A DNA stretch of 28,900 nucleotides from Candidatus Aenigmatarchaeota archaeon (GCA_049969275.1 JBMFPE010000002.1:1-28900), one strand, 5' to 3'. Positions 7,397 to 16,399 are shown, counted from the first letter of the stretch. Numbers and translations are program-made. The notes: generated from the sequence alone by a model not told the origin.

Positions 7397-10141
7397 ATGG
7401 AAGAAGAGAAGTGGCATGCTCTTGAGCCAAAAGAAGCGATGGAAAAACTTAAAACAAGCGAGAAAGGGTTGAGCGAGGAAGAAGCTAAGAAAAGGTTGCA
7501 AGAATACGGGTACAATGAGTTAAAAGAAACAAAAAGAATTTCAGCACTTGAAATTTTTCTAAACCAGTTCAAAGACATATTTGTCATAATGCTTTTAATA
7601 GCAGTTGTAATTTCTGTAGGAATTGGTTATTATGAGATAAAAGAAAAGCCTGAAACAAGTTTTCTTGAAGCTTATGCCGATGCAATAACAATAGGAGGAA
7701 TAGTTGTACTCAACGCAATAGTTGGCTTTACTCAAGAGTATCGTTCTGAAAAGGCTTTAGAGGCTATGAAAAAACTAACCGCACCAAAGGCTAGAGTTAT
7801 TAGAGATGGAAAAGAAGTTTTGATAGATGCGAAGGAAGTTGTGCCTGGAGATATTCTTGTTTTGGAAGCAGGAGACAGGATAGCGGCTGACGGCTTACTT
7901 TTAGAAAGTGTGGAGCTTGAAGTTAACGAAGCAGTGTTAACAGGAGAATCTGTTCCTGTAAGAAAAAAAGTGGGAAAAATTAGGGAAGACGTGGGAATAG
8001 GTGAAAGGAAGAATTGTGTTTTTATGGCAACTCATGTAACCTACGGAAGAGGGAAGGCTTTAGTTACTTCAACAGGAATGAGAACTGAATTTGGGAAAAT
8101 TGCAGAAAAAGTTCAAGAAATAGAGGAAGAGGAAACTCCTTTGAAAAGAAAGTTGAACGATTTTGCAAAAAAGCTTGGAAAACTTATAGTTGTCATCTGT
8201 ATAATAATTTTTGCTCTAGAACTTTACGAAGTCTTGTTTGTTTTAAAAGTTAGACAATTTGGTGAAATAATAAACAACACTGTAGATGCTTTCATGACTT
8301 CTGTTGCTTTAGCAGTTTCCGCAGTTCCTGAAGGTTTGCCTGCAGTAGTTACTGTTACTTTAGCTTTAGGTGCCAGAGAACTAGCAAAAAGAAATGCAGT
8401 AATAAGAAAACTTTCTTCTGCAGAAACCTTAGGAGCAGTTACTGTAATTTGTTCTGATAAAACAGGGACGTTAACAAAAGGAGAGATGACTGTTAGAAAA
8501 ATTTATGCTAACGATAAGATTGTTGACGTTACTGGTATTGGGTATGAAGGAAAAGGAGAATTTTTGTTAGAAGGAAAAACTTTTGACCCTGAAAAAATAG
8601 AGCTTTTGCTCAGGATTGGCTGCTTGTGCAATAATGCGAGCTATGATGGACAAACGATAAAAGGAGACCCAACAGAAGGGGCTTTAATAGTAGTAGCAGC
8701 AAAAGCTGGGATGAAAAAGGAAGAATTAGAAGAGAAGTTTAAAAGAATTCATGAAATTCCCTTCAGCTCTGAAAGAAAAAGGATGACTACAGTACATGAA
8801 ATTGATAAGAAAAAGTTTGCTTATGCTAAAGGTGCTCCTGAAATTGTACTTGAGAGATGTGATTATATTCTAAAAGACGGAAAAGTTGAAAAATTGGAGA
8901 AAAAAGAGAAAGAAAAAATTTTGAAAGTTAACGAAGAAATGGCTTCCCAGGCCTTAAGAGTTTTGGGTTTTGCTTACAAAGAGCTGCCAGAAAAGTTTGA
9001 CGATGAAACTGCGGAGAAAGGTTTAGTTTTTGTTGGTTTAATGGGGATGATAGACCCAGCGAGAGAGGAGGCAAGGGAAGCTAATAAAAAATGTCAAGAA
9101 GCAGGAATAAAAACTGTTATGATAACTGGTGACCATAAGCTTACTGCAGTAGCGATAGCAAAAGAGATTGGGATGTTTGAGGATAGCAAAGATGCAAAAG
9201 TTTTAACTGGAGAAGAACTTGATAAGCTAAGTGATGAAGAATTTGAAAAAATAGTTGAGGAAGTAAGGGTTTATGCAAGAGTTTCTCCTGAGCATAAGCT
9301 TAAGATAGTTAAGGCGTTGAAGAAAAAAGGGCATATAGTTGCGATGACTGGTGATGGAGTAAACGATGCTCCTGCCTTAAAGCAAGCAGACATAGGAATT
9401 GCTATGGGAATAACAGGAACAGACGTAACAAAAGAAGCTTCTGATATGGTTTTGGCTGACGATAATTTTGCAACTATAGTTAAAGCAGTAGAAGGAGGAA
9501 GAGGAATTTATGATAACATAAGAAAGTTTGTTTTCTTTTTACTGAGATGTAATTTTGATGAGTTGGGAATAATAGGAATTTTTGCTTTGCTAGGTTTACC
9601 CTTGCCATTAAACGCAGCGATGATTCTCTGGATAAATTTGGTAACAGACGGGGCTCCAGCAATAGCTCTGAGCATGGACCCGCCAGAAGAAGATTTGATG
9701 AAAAGAAAGCCTAGGGATCCAAAACAAGGAATTTTGCACGGAAGGTTTGCTCAGGTTTTAGCATCTTTTATAACCCAATTCTTTGGAACAGCCTTCATTT
9801 TCTGCATCTCTTATTATGTTTGGAAGGAACCTTTACAAGAAGCTATGACGATGGCTTTCATGCAAGCAACATTCCAAGAATTGTTCACGGTTTGGAATTG
9901 TAGGTCAGAGAAAAGGTCAGTTTTCAGGTATTCTCCCTTAACAAACAAGTATCTGGTAGTAGCAGTAGTTTCTTCCTTTGCTCTTACTATCATGCTTTGT
10001 TACATTCCAGTATTTCAAGTGATGTTTGGTACTGTTCCTTTAACCCTTCAAGATTTAGCTTTAGTTGGGATAATAGGCTCGCTTGGTCTTTTCATACTGC
10101 CAGAAATATTTTACGGAAAGAAGGTTTGGAGATGGGTATAG
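7397..10141 (+). CDS. P-type ATPase, P2A (Ca2+-transporting, SERCA-like)
   Basis: TGES, AVPEGLP (M4), DKTGTLT (phosphorylated Asp, D354), KGAPE, TGD, GDGVNDAPALK and LWINLVTDG (M6). Confidence 0.95.
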   Translation: MEEEKWHALEPKEAMEKLKTSEKGLSEEEAKKRLQEYGYNELKETKRISALEIFLNQFKDIFVIMLLIAVVISVGIGYYEIKEKPETSFLEAYADAITIGGIVVLNAIVGFTQEYRSEKALEAMKKLTAPKARVIRDGKEVLIDAKEVVPGDILVLEAGDRIAADGLLLESVELEVNEAVLTGESVPVRKKVGKIREDVGIGERKNCVFMATHVTYGRGKALVTSTGMRTEFGKIAEKVQEIEEEETPLKRKLNDFAKKLGKLIVVICIIIFALELYEVLFVLKVRQFGEIINNTVDAFMTSVALAVSAVPEGLPAVVTVTLALGARELAKRNAVIRKLSSAETLGAVTVICSDKTGTLTKGEMTVRKIYANDKIVDVTGIGYEGKGEFLLEGKTFDPEKIELLLRIGCLCNNASYDGQTIKGDPTEGALIVVAAKAGMKKEELEEKFKRIHEIPFSSERKRMTTVHEIDKKKFAYAKGAPEIVLERCDYILKDGKVEKLEKKEKEKILKVNEEMASQALRVLGFAYKELPEKFDDETAEKGLVFVGLMGMIDPAREEAREANKKCQEAGIKTVMITGDHKLTAVAIAKEIGMFEDSKDAKVLTGEELDKLSDEEFEKIVEEVRVYARVSPEHKLKIVKALKKKGHIVAMTGDGVNDAPALKQADIGIAMGITGTDVTKEASDMVLADDNFATIVKAVEGGRGIYDNIRKFVFFLLRCNFDELGIIGIFALLGLPLPLNAAMILWINLVTDGAPAIALSMDPPEEDLMKRKPRDPKQGILHGRFAQVLASFITQFFGTAFIFCISYYVWKEPLQEAMTMAFMQATFQELFTVWNCRSEKRSVFRYSPLTNKYLVVAVVSSFALTIMLCYIPVFQVMFGTVPLTLQDLALVGIIGSLGLFILPEIFYGKKVWRWV

Positions 10142-10183
10142 AAAAAGAATTTAATTGTTTGAGAGTATCATAATAGTGAGAAC

Positions 10184-10735
10184 ATGTACAAAATTTTTAC
10201 TGTTGAAGAAAGGATAAGAGTTCCTCCAACAAAATTGAGCATGAAAGTTAAGAATGCTGTGAGAGAAGCTGTAGCAGAGCAGCTAGAAGGAAGTTTTGAC
10301 CCAAGGTTAGGGATAATTCTTTCTGTGATTTCTGTTGAAGAGGTTGGGGAGGGAAAAATAGTTCCAGGAGACCCAGGAGTTCACTACGACGCGAAGTTTA
10401 AGCTTTTAACTTTTAAACCAGAGAATAACGAGTTGGTTTTTGGTGAAGTTATAGACAACACAGAGTTTGGTTCTTTTGTTAGAATCGGTCCTTTAGACGG
10501 CTTGGTTCATATTTCCCAGCTTATGGACGATTTTGTTAGTTATGACTCAAAGAATGCAGTATTTCTTGGAAAAGAGACAAAAAGAACTTTGAAAGAAGGG
10601 GATAAGGTAAGGGCAAGAATAATTTCTGTTAGTTTTGGTGTTGAGAATAAAATTGGTTTAACTATGCGTCAGCCTGGGCTGGGAAACTTGATTTGGCTGG
10701 AAGAAGAGAAGAAGAAAAAGAAGAAGGGAAAGTAA
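10184..10735 (+). CDS. rpoE1: RNA polymerase subunit E' (Rpo7)
   Basis: RIRVPP, S1-like GSFVRIGPLDGLVHISQ and KIGLTMRQPGLG. Confidence 0.97.
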   Translation: MYKIFTVEERIRVPPTKLSMKVKNAVREAVAEQLEGSFDPRLGIILSVISVEEVGEGKIVPGDPGVHYDAKFKLLTFKPENNELVFGEVIDNTEFGSFVRIGPLDGLVHISQLMDDFVSYDSKNAVFLGKETKRTLKEGDKVRARIISVSFGVENKIGLTMRQPGLGNLIWLEEEKKKKKKGK

Positions 10736-10924
10736 ATGGCAAAAAGGTTGCAAGTTTGCAGAAATTGTAGAAGGTTTACAACAGAGCAGGCTTGTCCTTA
10801 CTGCAAGTCAACAAACTTGTCAACAAGTTGGAAAGGCCTAGTCATAATTTTAAACCCAGAGAGTGAAGTTGCAAAAATTTTAAGAGTAAGCGAAGCAGGA
10901 AATTATGCTTTGTACGTTGGTTAA
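10736..10924 (+). CDS. spt4: Transcription elongation factor Spt4 (RpoE'')
   Basis: CRNC...CPYC Zn ribbon, SWKGLVIILNPESEVAK and YALYV; abuts rpoE1. Confidence 0.95.
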   Translation: MAKRLQVCRNCRRFTTEQACPYCKSTNLSTSWKGLVIILNPESEVAKILRVSEAGNYALYVG

Positions 10925-11868
10925 AAGTACTTTCCGTTCAAGAATTCTTTTTTACTTTTCAAGTACTCATAAGCAGACAGAGCAGCTTTTGCCCCTTCCC
11001 CTGCTGCAATTATTATTTGCTTCCAAGTGCAATCGGTAACGTCGCCAGCAGCAAAAATTCCAGGAAAAGAAGTTTTGCAATCTTTATCAACCACTATTTC
11101 TTTTTTCTCGTTTAGCTTTACAGGTAAGTCTATGTCTGTTCCTGGCCTTAAACCGATCAAAACAAAAACTCCCCTGACGTTAAGCTTAAACTTATCCTTA
11201 GTTTTTATGTTTTCTACTTCCACGCTTTCAACAAAATCTTTTCCTTCAATTCTTATTATCCTGCAATTGTTGAAAACCTTAACATAAGGAAGTTTTTTTA
11301 CCTTCTCTCTTGTTGCTTCATCTCCCCCCAAATTCTCGGTTATGTTTACCAAGTATATTTGTTTTGTGAATTTTGATAACTGTAAAACTGCGTCTAAGGC
11401 TGAATTTCCTCCTCCTACAACAACCACTGGTAAGTCTTTGAAGACTGGAGCGTCGCAAATAGCGCAATAGCTTACCCCTCTTCCTATAAACTCCTCTTCC
11501 CCTGGAACGTTTAGATGCAAAGGAATTTTTCCTGCTGCGATTATAACAGCATTAGCCAAATAATTATTTCTATTGGTCTCGACAAGGAATATATCATCCT
11601 TTGGTTTTACTCCCCTTACCTCTTCATACTTAACTTCTATGTTAAAAGCTTTAACATGTTCTTCAAACTTTTTTACAAATTCTGGCCCAGTTATTAATCT
11701 ATAGCCAAGGTAATTTTCTATCGAAGATGAAAGAGCTGCTTGCCCACCCAAATCTTTTGAAATAACTAGAATGTCAAGCTTTTTTCTCGCTAAATAAATG
11801 CTTGCAGTTATTCCTGCAGGTCCAGCTCCTACTATTATAACATCATAAGGTGTAATAGATGTTATCAT
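10921..11868 (-). CDS. trxB: Thioredoxin reductase-like FAD disulfide oxidoreductase
   Basis: DVIIVGAGPAG, GRGVSYCAICD (CxxC), VVGGGNSA and GIFAAGDVT. Confidence 0.9.
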   Translation of the reverse strand: MITSITPYDVIIVGAGPAGITASIYLARKKLDILVISKDLGGQAALSSSIENYLGYRLITGPEFVKKFEEHVKAFNIEVKYEEVRGVKPKDDIFLVETNRNNYLANAVIIAAGKIPLHLNVPGEEEFIGRGVSYCAICDAPVFKDLPVVVVGGGNSALDAVLQLSKFTKQIYLVNITENLGGDEATREKVKKLPYVKVFNNCRIIRIEGKDFVESVEVENIKTKDKFKLNVRGVFVLIGLRPGTDIDLPVKLNEKKEIVVDKDCKTSFPGIFAAGDVTDCTWKQIIIAAGEGAKAALSAYEYLKSKKEFLNGKYF

Positions 11869-11902
11869 AAATTAAATTTTCTTAAGTTAGATAATAAATC
11901 TT

Positions 11903-12391
11903 ATGAAATCTTTGTTCATCTTAAGAGCTCAACCTTTGCACAAAGGCCATTTGCATGCTATAAAAAAGGCTGAAAAGAAGTTTGAGCTTATAATAGGAAT
12001 AGGAAGCTCTAACATAAAAAACACTCCTGAAAACCCTTTTTCTTTTAGGGAAAGAAAAGAAATGCTTAGGTTAGTTGGAGTAAAATGTAAAATAGTTCCT
12101 ATTCCTGATTTTTATAATTGTGAGAAATGGACAGACTATGTTTTAAATAAAATCGATTTTGATTTGGTAATTTCTGGAAACGATTGGGTGAAAGAATGTT
12201 TTAAAAGAAAGAAAAAAGTTATAAACCCAGATTTCTTCAAACCAGAAAAGTATAAAGCAAGCTTGATTAGGGAAAAGATAGCAAAAGGAGAAAAATGGGA
12301 GCATTTAGTTCCAAGAAAAGTTGCCGATTACATCAAGAAGATAGATGGAGAGGAAAGAATTAGAAAGATTTTTGAAAAAATTAATACTTAA
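11903..12391 (+). CDS. nadM: Nicotinamide-nucleotide adenylyltransferase
   Basis: RAQPLHKGH (HxGH), IGIGSS, ENPFSFRER, SGNDWV and WEHLVP. Confidence 0.88.
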   Translation: MKSLFILRAQPLHKGHLHAIKKAEKKFELIIGIGSSNIKNTPENPFSFRERKEMLRLVGVKCKIVPIPDFYNCEKWTDYVLNKIDFDLVISGNDWVKECFKRKKKVINPDFFKPEKYKASLIREKIAKGEKWEHLVPRKVADYIKKIDGEERIRKIFEKINT

Positions 12392-13238
12392 TTACTTGCT
12401 TTACCACATTAGGTATTTCTTCTATAAGGTTGCTTGCAGTTAAAGATTCAGAGTATTTCCTTGCAGCCAATTCTCCAGCTTTTCCGTTCAAGTAAGCAGC
12501 AGCACAAGCTGAAGTAAAAGCATCATTCCCTCTTGCTAAGTATGCTCCCAAAATTCCTGCTAAAGTATCCCCTAAACCACCTTTAGTTAAGGCTGGTGAG
12601 CCTGTGCTATTTAAAGCGACTTCTTTTCCGTTTGAAATAACATCTACATGTCCTTTCAAAAGAATCGTTGTTTTTAGCTTTTCTGCAGTTTCCTTCACAA
12701 CTTTAATCCTTTGTTTTAAATCATTTCCAACTTGAACTCCAGACAGGACCAAAAGCTCATGAACATGTGGAGTCAGGACAAAATTTTTGTTTTTCAAAAT
12801 TTCTTTTTTTGTTGCCACAGCATGAATTGCGTCAGCATCTATTACTGCAGGAATTTCAATTTTTTCCAAGTATTCAACAACAGCTTCCAAAACTTCTTTT
12901 TCTCTTGTTAGTCCACCACCGATAACAACTGCGTTTTTATTATGAGTAAATTTTATCAGTTCATTCAAATGCTCCTTGCAAAGATAATCTCCCTTTAAAG
13001 GATAGGCTATCAAGTCTGGGGCAAAAGAAGCAATAATATTTGCAGCTCTTTCAGGAGCTAGAACTGTTACCAAATCAACTCCTGCTCTTAAGGCAGCTAA
13101 AGCATTAAAAGCTGGAGAACCAGAATAGTGTTTGCTCCCACCTATTACTAACAAGTGGCCAAAGTTATACTTGTGACTCCAAGGCTCCCTTTTCCTGTAA
13201 ATTTTCTTTAGGATGCTTGCTTTTACTTCAACCTCCAT
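12381..13238 (-). CDS. nnrD: NAD(P)H-hydrate dehydratase (stand-alone, no epimerase domain)
   Basis: HKYNFGHLLVIGGS..YSGSP, ALAALRAGVDLVTV, VIDADA, LTPH, LLKG and GGLGDTLAG. Confidence 0.93.
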   Translation of the reverse strand: MEVEVKASILKKIYRKREPWSHKYNFGHLLVIGGSKHYSGSPAFNALAALRAGVDLVTVLAPERAANIIASFAPDLIAYPLKGDYLCKEHLNELIKFTHNKNAVVIGGGLTREKEVLEAVVEYLEKIEIPAVIDADAIHAVATKKEILKNKNFVLTPHVHELLVLSGVQVGNDLKQRIKVVKETAEKLKTTILLKGHVDVISNGKEVALNSTGSPALTKGGLGDTLAGILGAYLARGNDAFTSACAAAYLNGKAGELAARKYSESLTASNLIEEIPNVVKQVIKY

Positions 13239-13256
13239 AAAAAATATTATCTAGCC

Positions 13257-13264
13257 TTTATAAA
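13257..13264. promoter_or_regulatory. Palindromic TATA-like box TTTATAAA centred between nnrD and the FNT gene
   Basis: Sits at the centre of the 43-nt gap, about 22 nt from the nnrD ATG and 22-25 nt from the FNT ATG-ATG. Confidence 0.5.
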
Positions 13265-13281
13265 ATAAATTTCAAGAGAAT

Positions 13282-14082
13282 ATGATGAAAAGTGCTAGAG
13301 ATGTGGCTGAAGAAGCAGTAGAAGTCTTTACTTCAAAAGCTACACAAAGCGCTAAAAAGATGTTTATTCTTTCATTTCTTGCAGGAGTTTTTATAGCTTT
13401 TGGTGCAGAGCTCTCAACAATAGTTTCTTTTGACTTAAGAAATTTTAGTATCGGCTTTTCAAGGTTTTTGGCAGGAAGTGTTTTTTCTTTTGGTTTAATG
13501 CTGGTCGTCCTTACAAATGCAGAGCTTTTTACTGGCAATACTTTGATGGTAATTCCTTTGCTCAAAGGTGAAATAACAAGAAAACAGTTTTTGAAAAGCT
13601 GGGGGATAGTATACACGGGAAATTTTATCGGTTCTTTATTCTTCTCTTTCCTAATTTTTTTCTCAGGAGTTTATGATACTCAGGTAGCAACCTATGCTGT
13701 TGAGATCGCTGCAAACAAAACAAACCTAAGCTTTTTAGAGGCTTTCTTAAGAGGAATAGCTTGCAACTGGTTGGTTGCTTTGGCAATATGGCTTGCTCTA
13801 ACAGGAACCAACATGCTAGAGAAAATGATTGGAATTTATTTTCCAATAATGGCTTTTGTTGCCTCTGGCTTTGAGCATAGCATAGCAAACATGTTTTTCA
13901 TTCCTGTTGGAATTCTTTTAAAAGATTTTGTTACTGTTCAAGTAAACATAACAAACCTCACGATTCCTGGTTTTTTCGTCAAAAATTTAATTCCAGTAAC
14001 AATAGGGAATATTATAGGGGGAGCAATTTTTGTTGGTTTAATCTACTGGTATGTTTATCTTAAAGAAGAAATAATTTTATAG
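13282..14082 (+). CDS. Formate/nitrite transporter (FNT) family channel
   Basis: LAGVFIAFG, ELFTGN, GNFIG, RGIACNWLV, FVASGFEHSIANMF (central His) and GNIIGG. Confidence 0.95.
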   Translation: MMKSARDVAEEAVEVFTSKATQSAKKMFILSFLAGVFIAFGAELSTIVSFDLRNFSIGFSRFLAGSVFSFGLMLVVLTNAELFTGNTLMVIPLLKGEITRKQFLKSWGIVYTGNFIGSLFFSFLIFFSGVYDTQVATYAVEIAANKTNLSFLEAFLRGIACNWLVALAIWLALTGTNMLEKMIGIYFPIMAFVASGFEHSIANMFFIPVGILLKDFVTVQVNITNLTIPGFFVKNLIPVTIGNIIGGAIFVGLIYWYVYLKEEIIL

Positions 14083-14086
14083 TATA

Positions 14087-14092
14087 GAGGTG
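14087..14092 (+). promoter_or_regulatory. Shine-Dalgarno GAGGTG before the gap TTG start
   Basis: GAGGTG 5 nt upstream of TTG 14098. Confidence 0.75.
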
Positions 14093-14097
14093 GTAGC

Positions 14098-15135
14098 TTG
14101 ACTATAAAAGTTGCTGTTAATGGTATAGGAACTATAGGTAAAAGAGTTGCGCATGCTATAAAACTTCAAGACGACATGAAGCTAGTAGCGATAGCAGACG
14201 TGGCAGCAACTTCTTGGCTTAGAACAGTTTTAGAGCCAGAAGGTCCTTTGTACAAAACTGACTTGTACGCCTCAAACAAAGAAGGCTTAGAAGCTATGAG
14301 AAATTCAGGAATGTTTGTTAACGGCTTGCTAGAGGACTTGCTTGCTTCAAAAAAAGTTGACGTTGTTGTTGATTGTACGCCTGCAGGAATAGGTGCAAAG
14401 AATAAGCCGATGTACGAAAAATATGGGGTTAAAGCAGTTTATCAAGGGGGAGAAGAAGCTAGTGTAGCTGAAGTTAGCTTTGTTGCTGTAGCAAATTACG
14501 AAAAGGCTTTGAACGCTAAGTCAGTAAGAGTTGTTAGTTGTAACACAACTTCCTTAGCAAGGACTTTACACGCTTTAGATTCAAGCTTTGGGGTAGAAGA
14601 AGTTCTAGCAGTTTTAGTTAGGAGAGCAACTGACCCTTGGGACGAAAAGCCAGGACCGATAAACGCTGTTGTACCAGAAGTCCACATCCCTTCGCATCAA
14701 GGTCCAGACTTGCAAACAGTTATTCCCCATATAAACATAACAACAATGGCTTGCAAAGTTCCTTCAACCCTAGCCCACACACATTTTGTTAGCGGAACGC
14801 TAAAGAAAAAAGCTTCCTTGGATGAAATAAAAAATGCTTTAGAAAAAGCAGGAAGAATAGTTCTTCTAAAAGCTTCTCATGGCTATACAGCAACGTCAAG
14901 GATAATTGAAAGGTATAGAGACTTGTGCAGGCCAAGGTACGATATGTACGAAGTAGCTGTTTGGGACGAGTCGATAACTGTAAAGGATAAGAAATTCTAC
15001 TGGATTCATGCAGTCCATTCAGAAGCTATAGTAATCCCAGAAAATATAGACGCGATAAGGGCGATAACAGGAATAGAAAAAGACAAGTTCAAAAGCATGG
15101 AGAAGACTAACAAATCGCTTGGAATAAAGTGTTAA
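14098..15135 (+). CDS. gap: Glyceraldehyde-3-phosphate dehydrogenase, archaeal type II (phosphorylating)
   Basis: VAVNGIGTIGKRVA, RVVSCNTT (catalytic Cys), RRATDP, SHQGPD, HTH and HSEAIVIPENIDAIRA. Confidence 0.96.
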   Translation: MTIKVAVNGIGTIGKRVAHAIKLQDDMKLVAIADVAATSWLRTVLEPEGPLYKTDLYASNKEGLEAMRNSGMFVNGLLEDLLASKKVDVVVDCTPAGIGAKNKPMYEKYGVKAVYQGGEEASVAEVSFVAVANYEKALNAKSVRVVSCNTTSLARTLHALDSSFGVEEVLAVLVRRATDPWDEKPGPINAVVPEVHIPSHQGPDLQTVIPHINITTMACKVPSTLAHTHFVSGTLKKKASLDEIKNALEKAGRIVLLKASHGYTATSRIIERYRDLCRPRYDMYEVAVWDESITVKDKKFYWIHAVHSEAIVIPENIDAIRAITGIEKDKFKSMEKTNKSLGIKC

Positions 15136-15136
15136 G

Positions 15137-16378
15137 ATGAAATTTTTAACTTTAGATGAGGCTAAGGTAGCCAATAAAACGGTTTTATTAAGAGTAGACA
15201 TTAACGTTCCTTACGATGAGCAGAAAAAACAAATACAGGATTCAGAAAGAATAAGAGAACATGCAAAGACAATAAAAGAATTAGCAGAAAAAAACGCAAA
15301 AGTAATAGTTCTTGCACATCAAGGAAGAAAGGGGGACCCTGACTTTATTCACCTAGACCAGCATGCAATTCTTTTATCAAAATACACAGGAAAAGAGGTT
15401 CAGTTTGTCGATGATATAATAGGAGAAAAGGCTATAAAGAAAATAAAAGCACTAAAGCCAGGGGAAATTCTTCTTTTGGATAACGTGAGATTTTTGGACG
15501 AGGAGACAGAGGAAAAAAGTTCAAAAGAACATGCAAAAAGTAGGATTGTTAAAACACTTAGCAAGTTTGCAGACATTTTTGTTAACGATGCTTTTTCTGC
15601 TTCTCACAGAAGCCATGCTTCTATCGTTGGCTTTACAGAAGTTTTGCCAAGCTATGCAGGAAGAGTAATGGAAAAAGAATTGAAATCTGAAGAGAGGGCT
15701 CTAGACCCTTTAGGGATAAACATTTTTGTTCTAGGAGGAGCAAAGCCTGACGATTGCTTGAATATAATTGAGTATATGTTTAAAAACAAGCCCGGCTCTA
15801 TAGAAAAAGTTTTGACTTGTGGCACAGTAGGAGAAATTTTTTTAGCGGCAAAAGGTTATGATTTGGGAAAAGAAACAAAGGAATTTTTTGCTAAAAAAGG
15901 TTTTGATAAATTGATATGCCAAGCTAAGAAATTGATCGAAAGATATGAGCTCGAGATAGAATTGCCAGTAGACGTTGCTTTTGAGGAAAACGGAAAAAGG
16001 AAAGAAATTCCTGTGAAAGATTTGCCTGTAGAAAAAATTTTGCAGGATATAGGGAGTGAGACTGCCAAGAAGTATGGAGAAATAATAAAAAGTGCAAGGA
16101 CTGTTGTGGTTAAGGGACCAGCAGGAGTTTACGAAAAGCAAGGGTTTGAACTGGGAACAAAGCTTATTCTTGAAGCAATAGCAAACTCAAAAGCTTTTTC
16201 TTTAATAGGTGGAGGGGACACTTTGGTTGCTATGGAAAAGCTTGGGTTGGATAAAAGTAAATTCTCTTACATAAGCTTGGGTGGAGGAGCTCTAATAACT
16301 TCTCTTTCTGGGAAGGAAATGCCAGGTGTGGAGGCTCTTTTAAAAGCAGCTAAAAAAATTAAGAAGAAAAGAAAGTAA
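15137..16378 (+). CDS. pgk: Phosphoglycerate kinase
   Basis: LLRVDINVP, AHQGR, LLDNVRF, FVNDAFSASHR, LGGAK, KGPAGVYE, GGGDT and ISLGGGA. Confidence 0.97.
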   Translation: MKFLTLDEAKVANKTVLLRVDINVPYDEQKKQIQDSERIREHAKTIKELAEKNAKVIVLAHQGRKGDPDFIHLDQHAILLSKYTGKEVQFVDDIIGEKAIKKIKALKPGEILLLDNVRFLDEETEEKSSKEHAKSRIVKTLSKFADIFVNDAFSASHRSHASIVGFTEVLPSYAGRVMEKELKSEERALDPLGINIFVLGGAKPDDCLNIIEYMFKNKPGSIEKVLTCGTVGEIFLAAKGYDLGKETKEFFAKKGFDKLICQAKKLIERYELEIELPVDVAFEENGKRKEIPVKDLPVEKILQDIGSETAKKYGEIIKSARTVVVKGPAGVYEKQGFELGTKLILEAIANSKAFSLIGGGDTLVAMEKLGLDKSKFSYISLGGGALITSLSGKEMPGVEALLKAAKKIKKKRK

Positions 16379-16399
16379 AAAAGAAGATACTTTATGGTT

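Noticed and set aside
7297-7587. 96-aa minus-strand ORF next to ppa
   Set aside because: Mostly antisense to the Ca-ATPase 5' end and runs through the promoter gap; no recognisable motif.
10166-10181. TATCATAATAGTGAGA resembling the Thermococcales glycolytic motif TATCAC-N5-GTGATA
   Set aside because: Wrong spacing, two mismatches, and it precedes rpoE1 rather than a sugar gene. No good match was seen upstream of the sugar genes.
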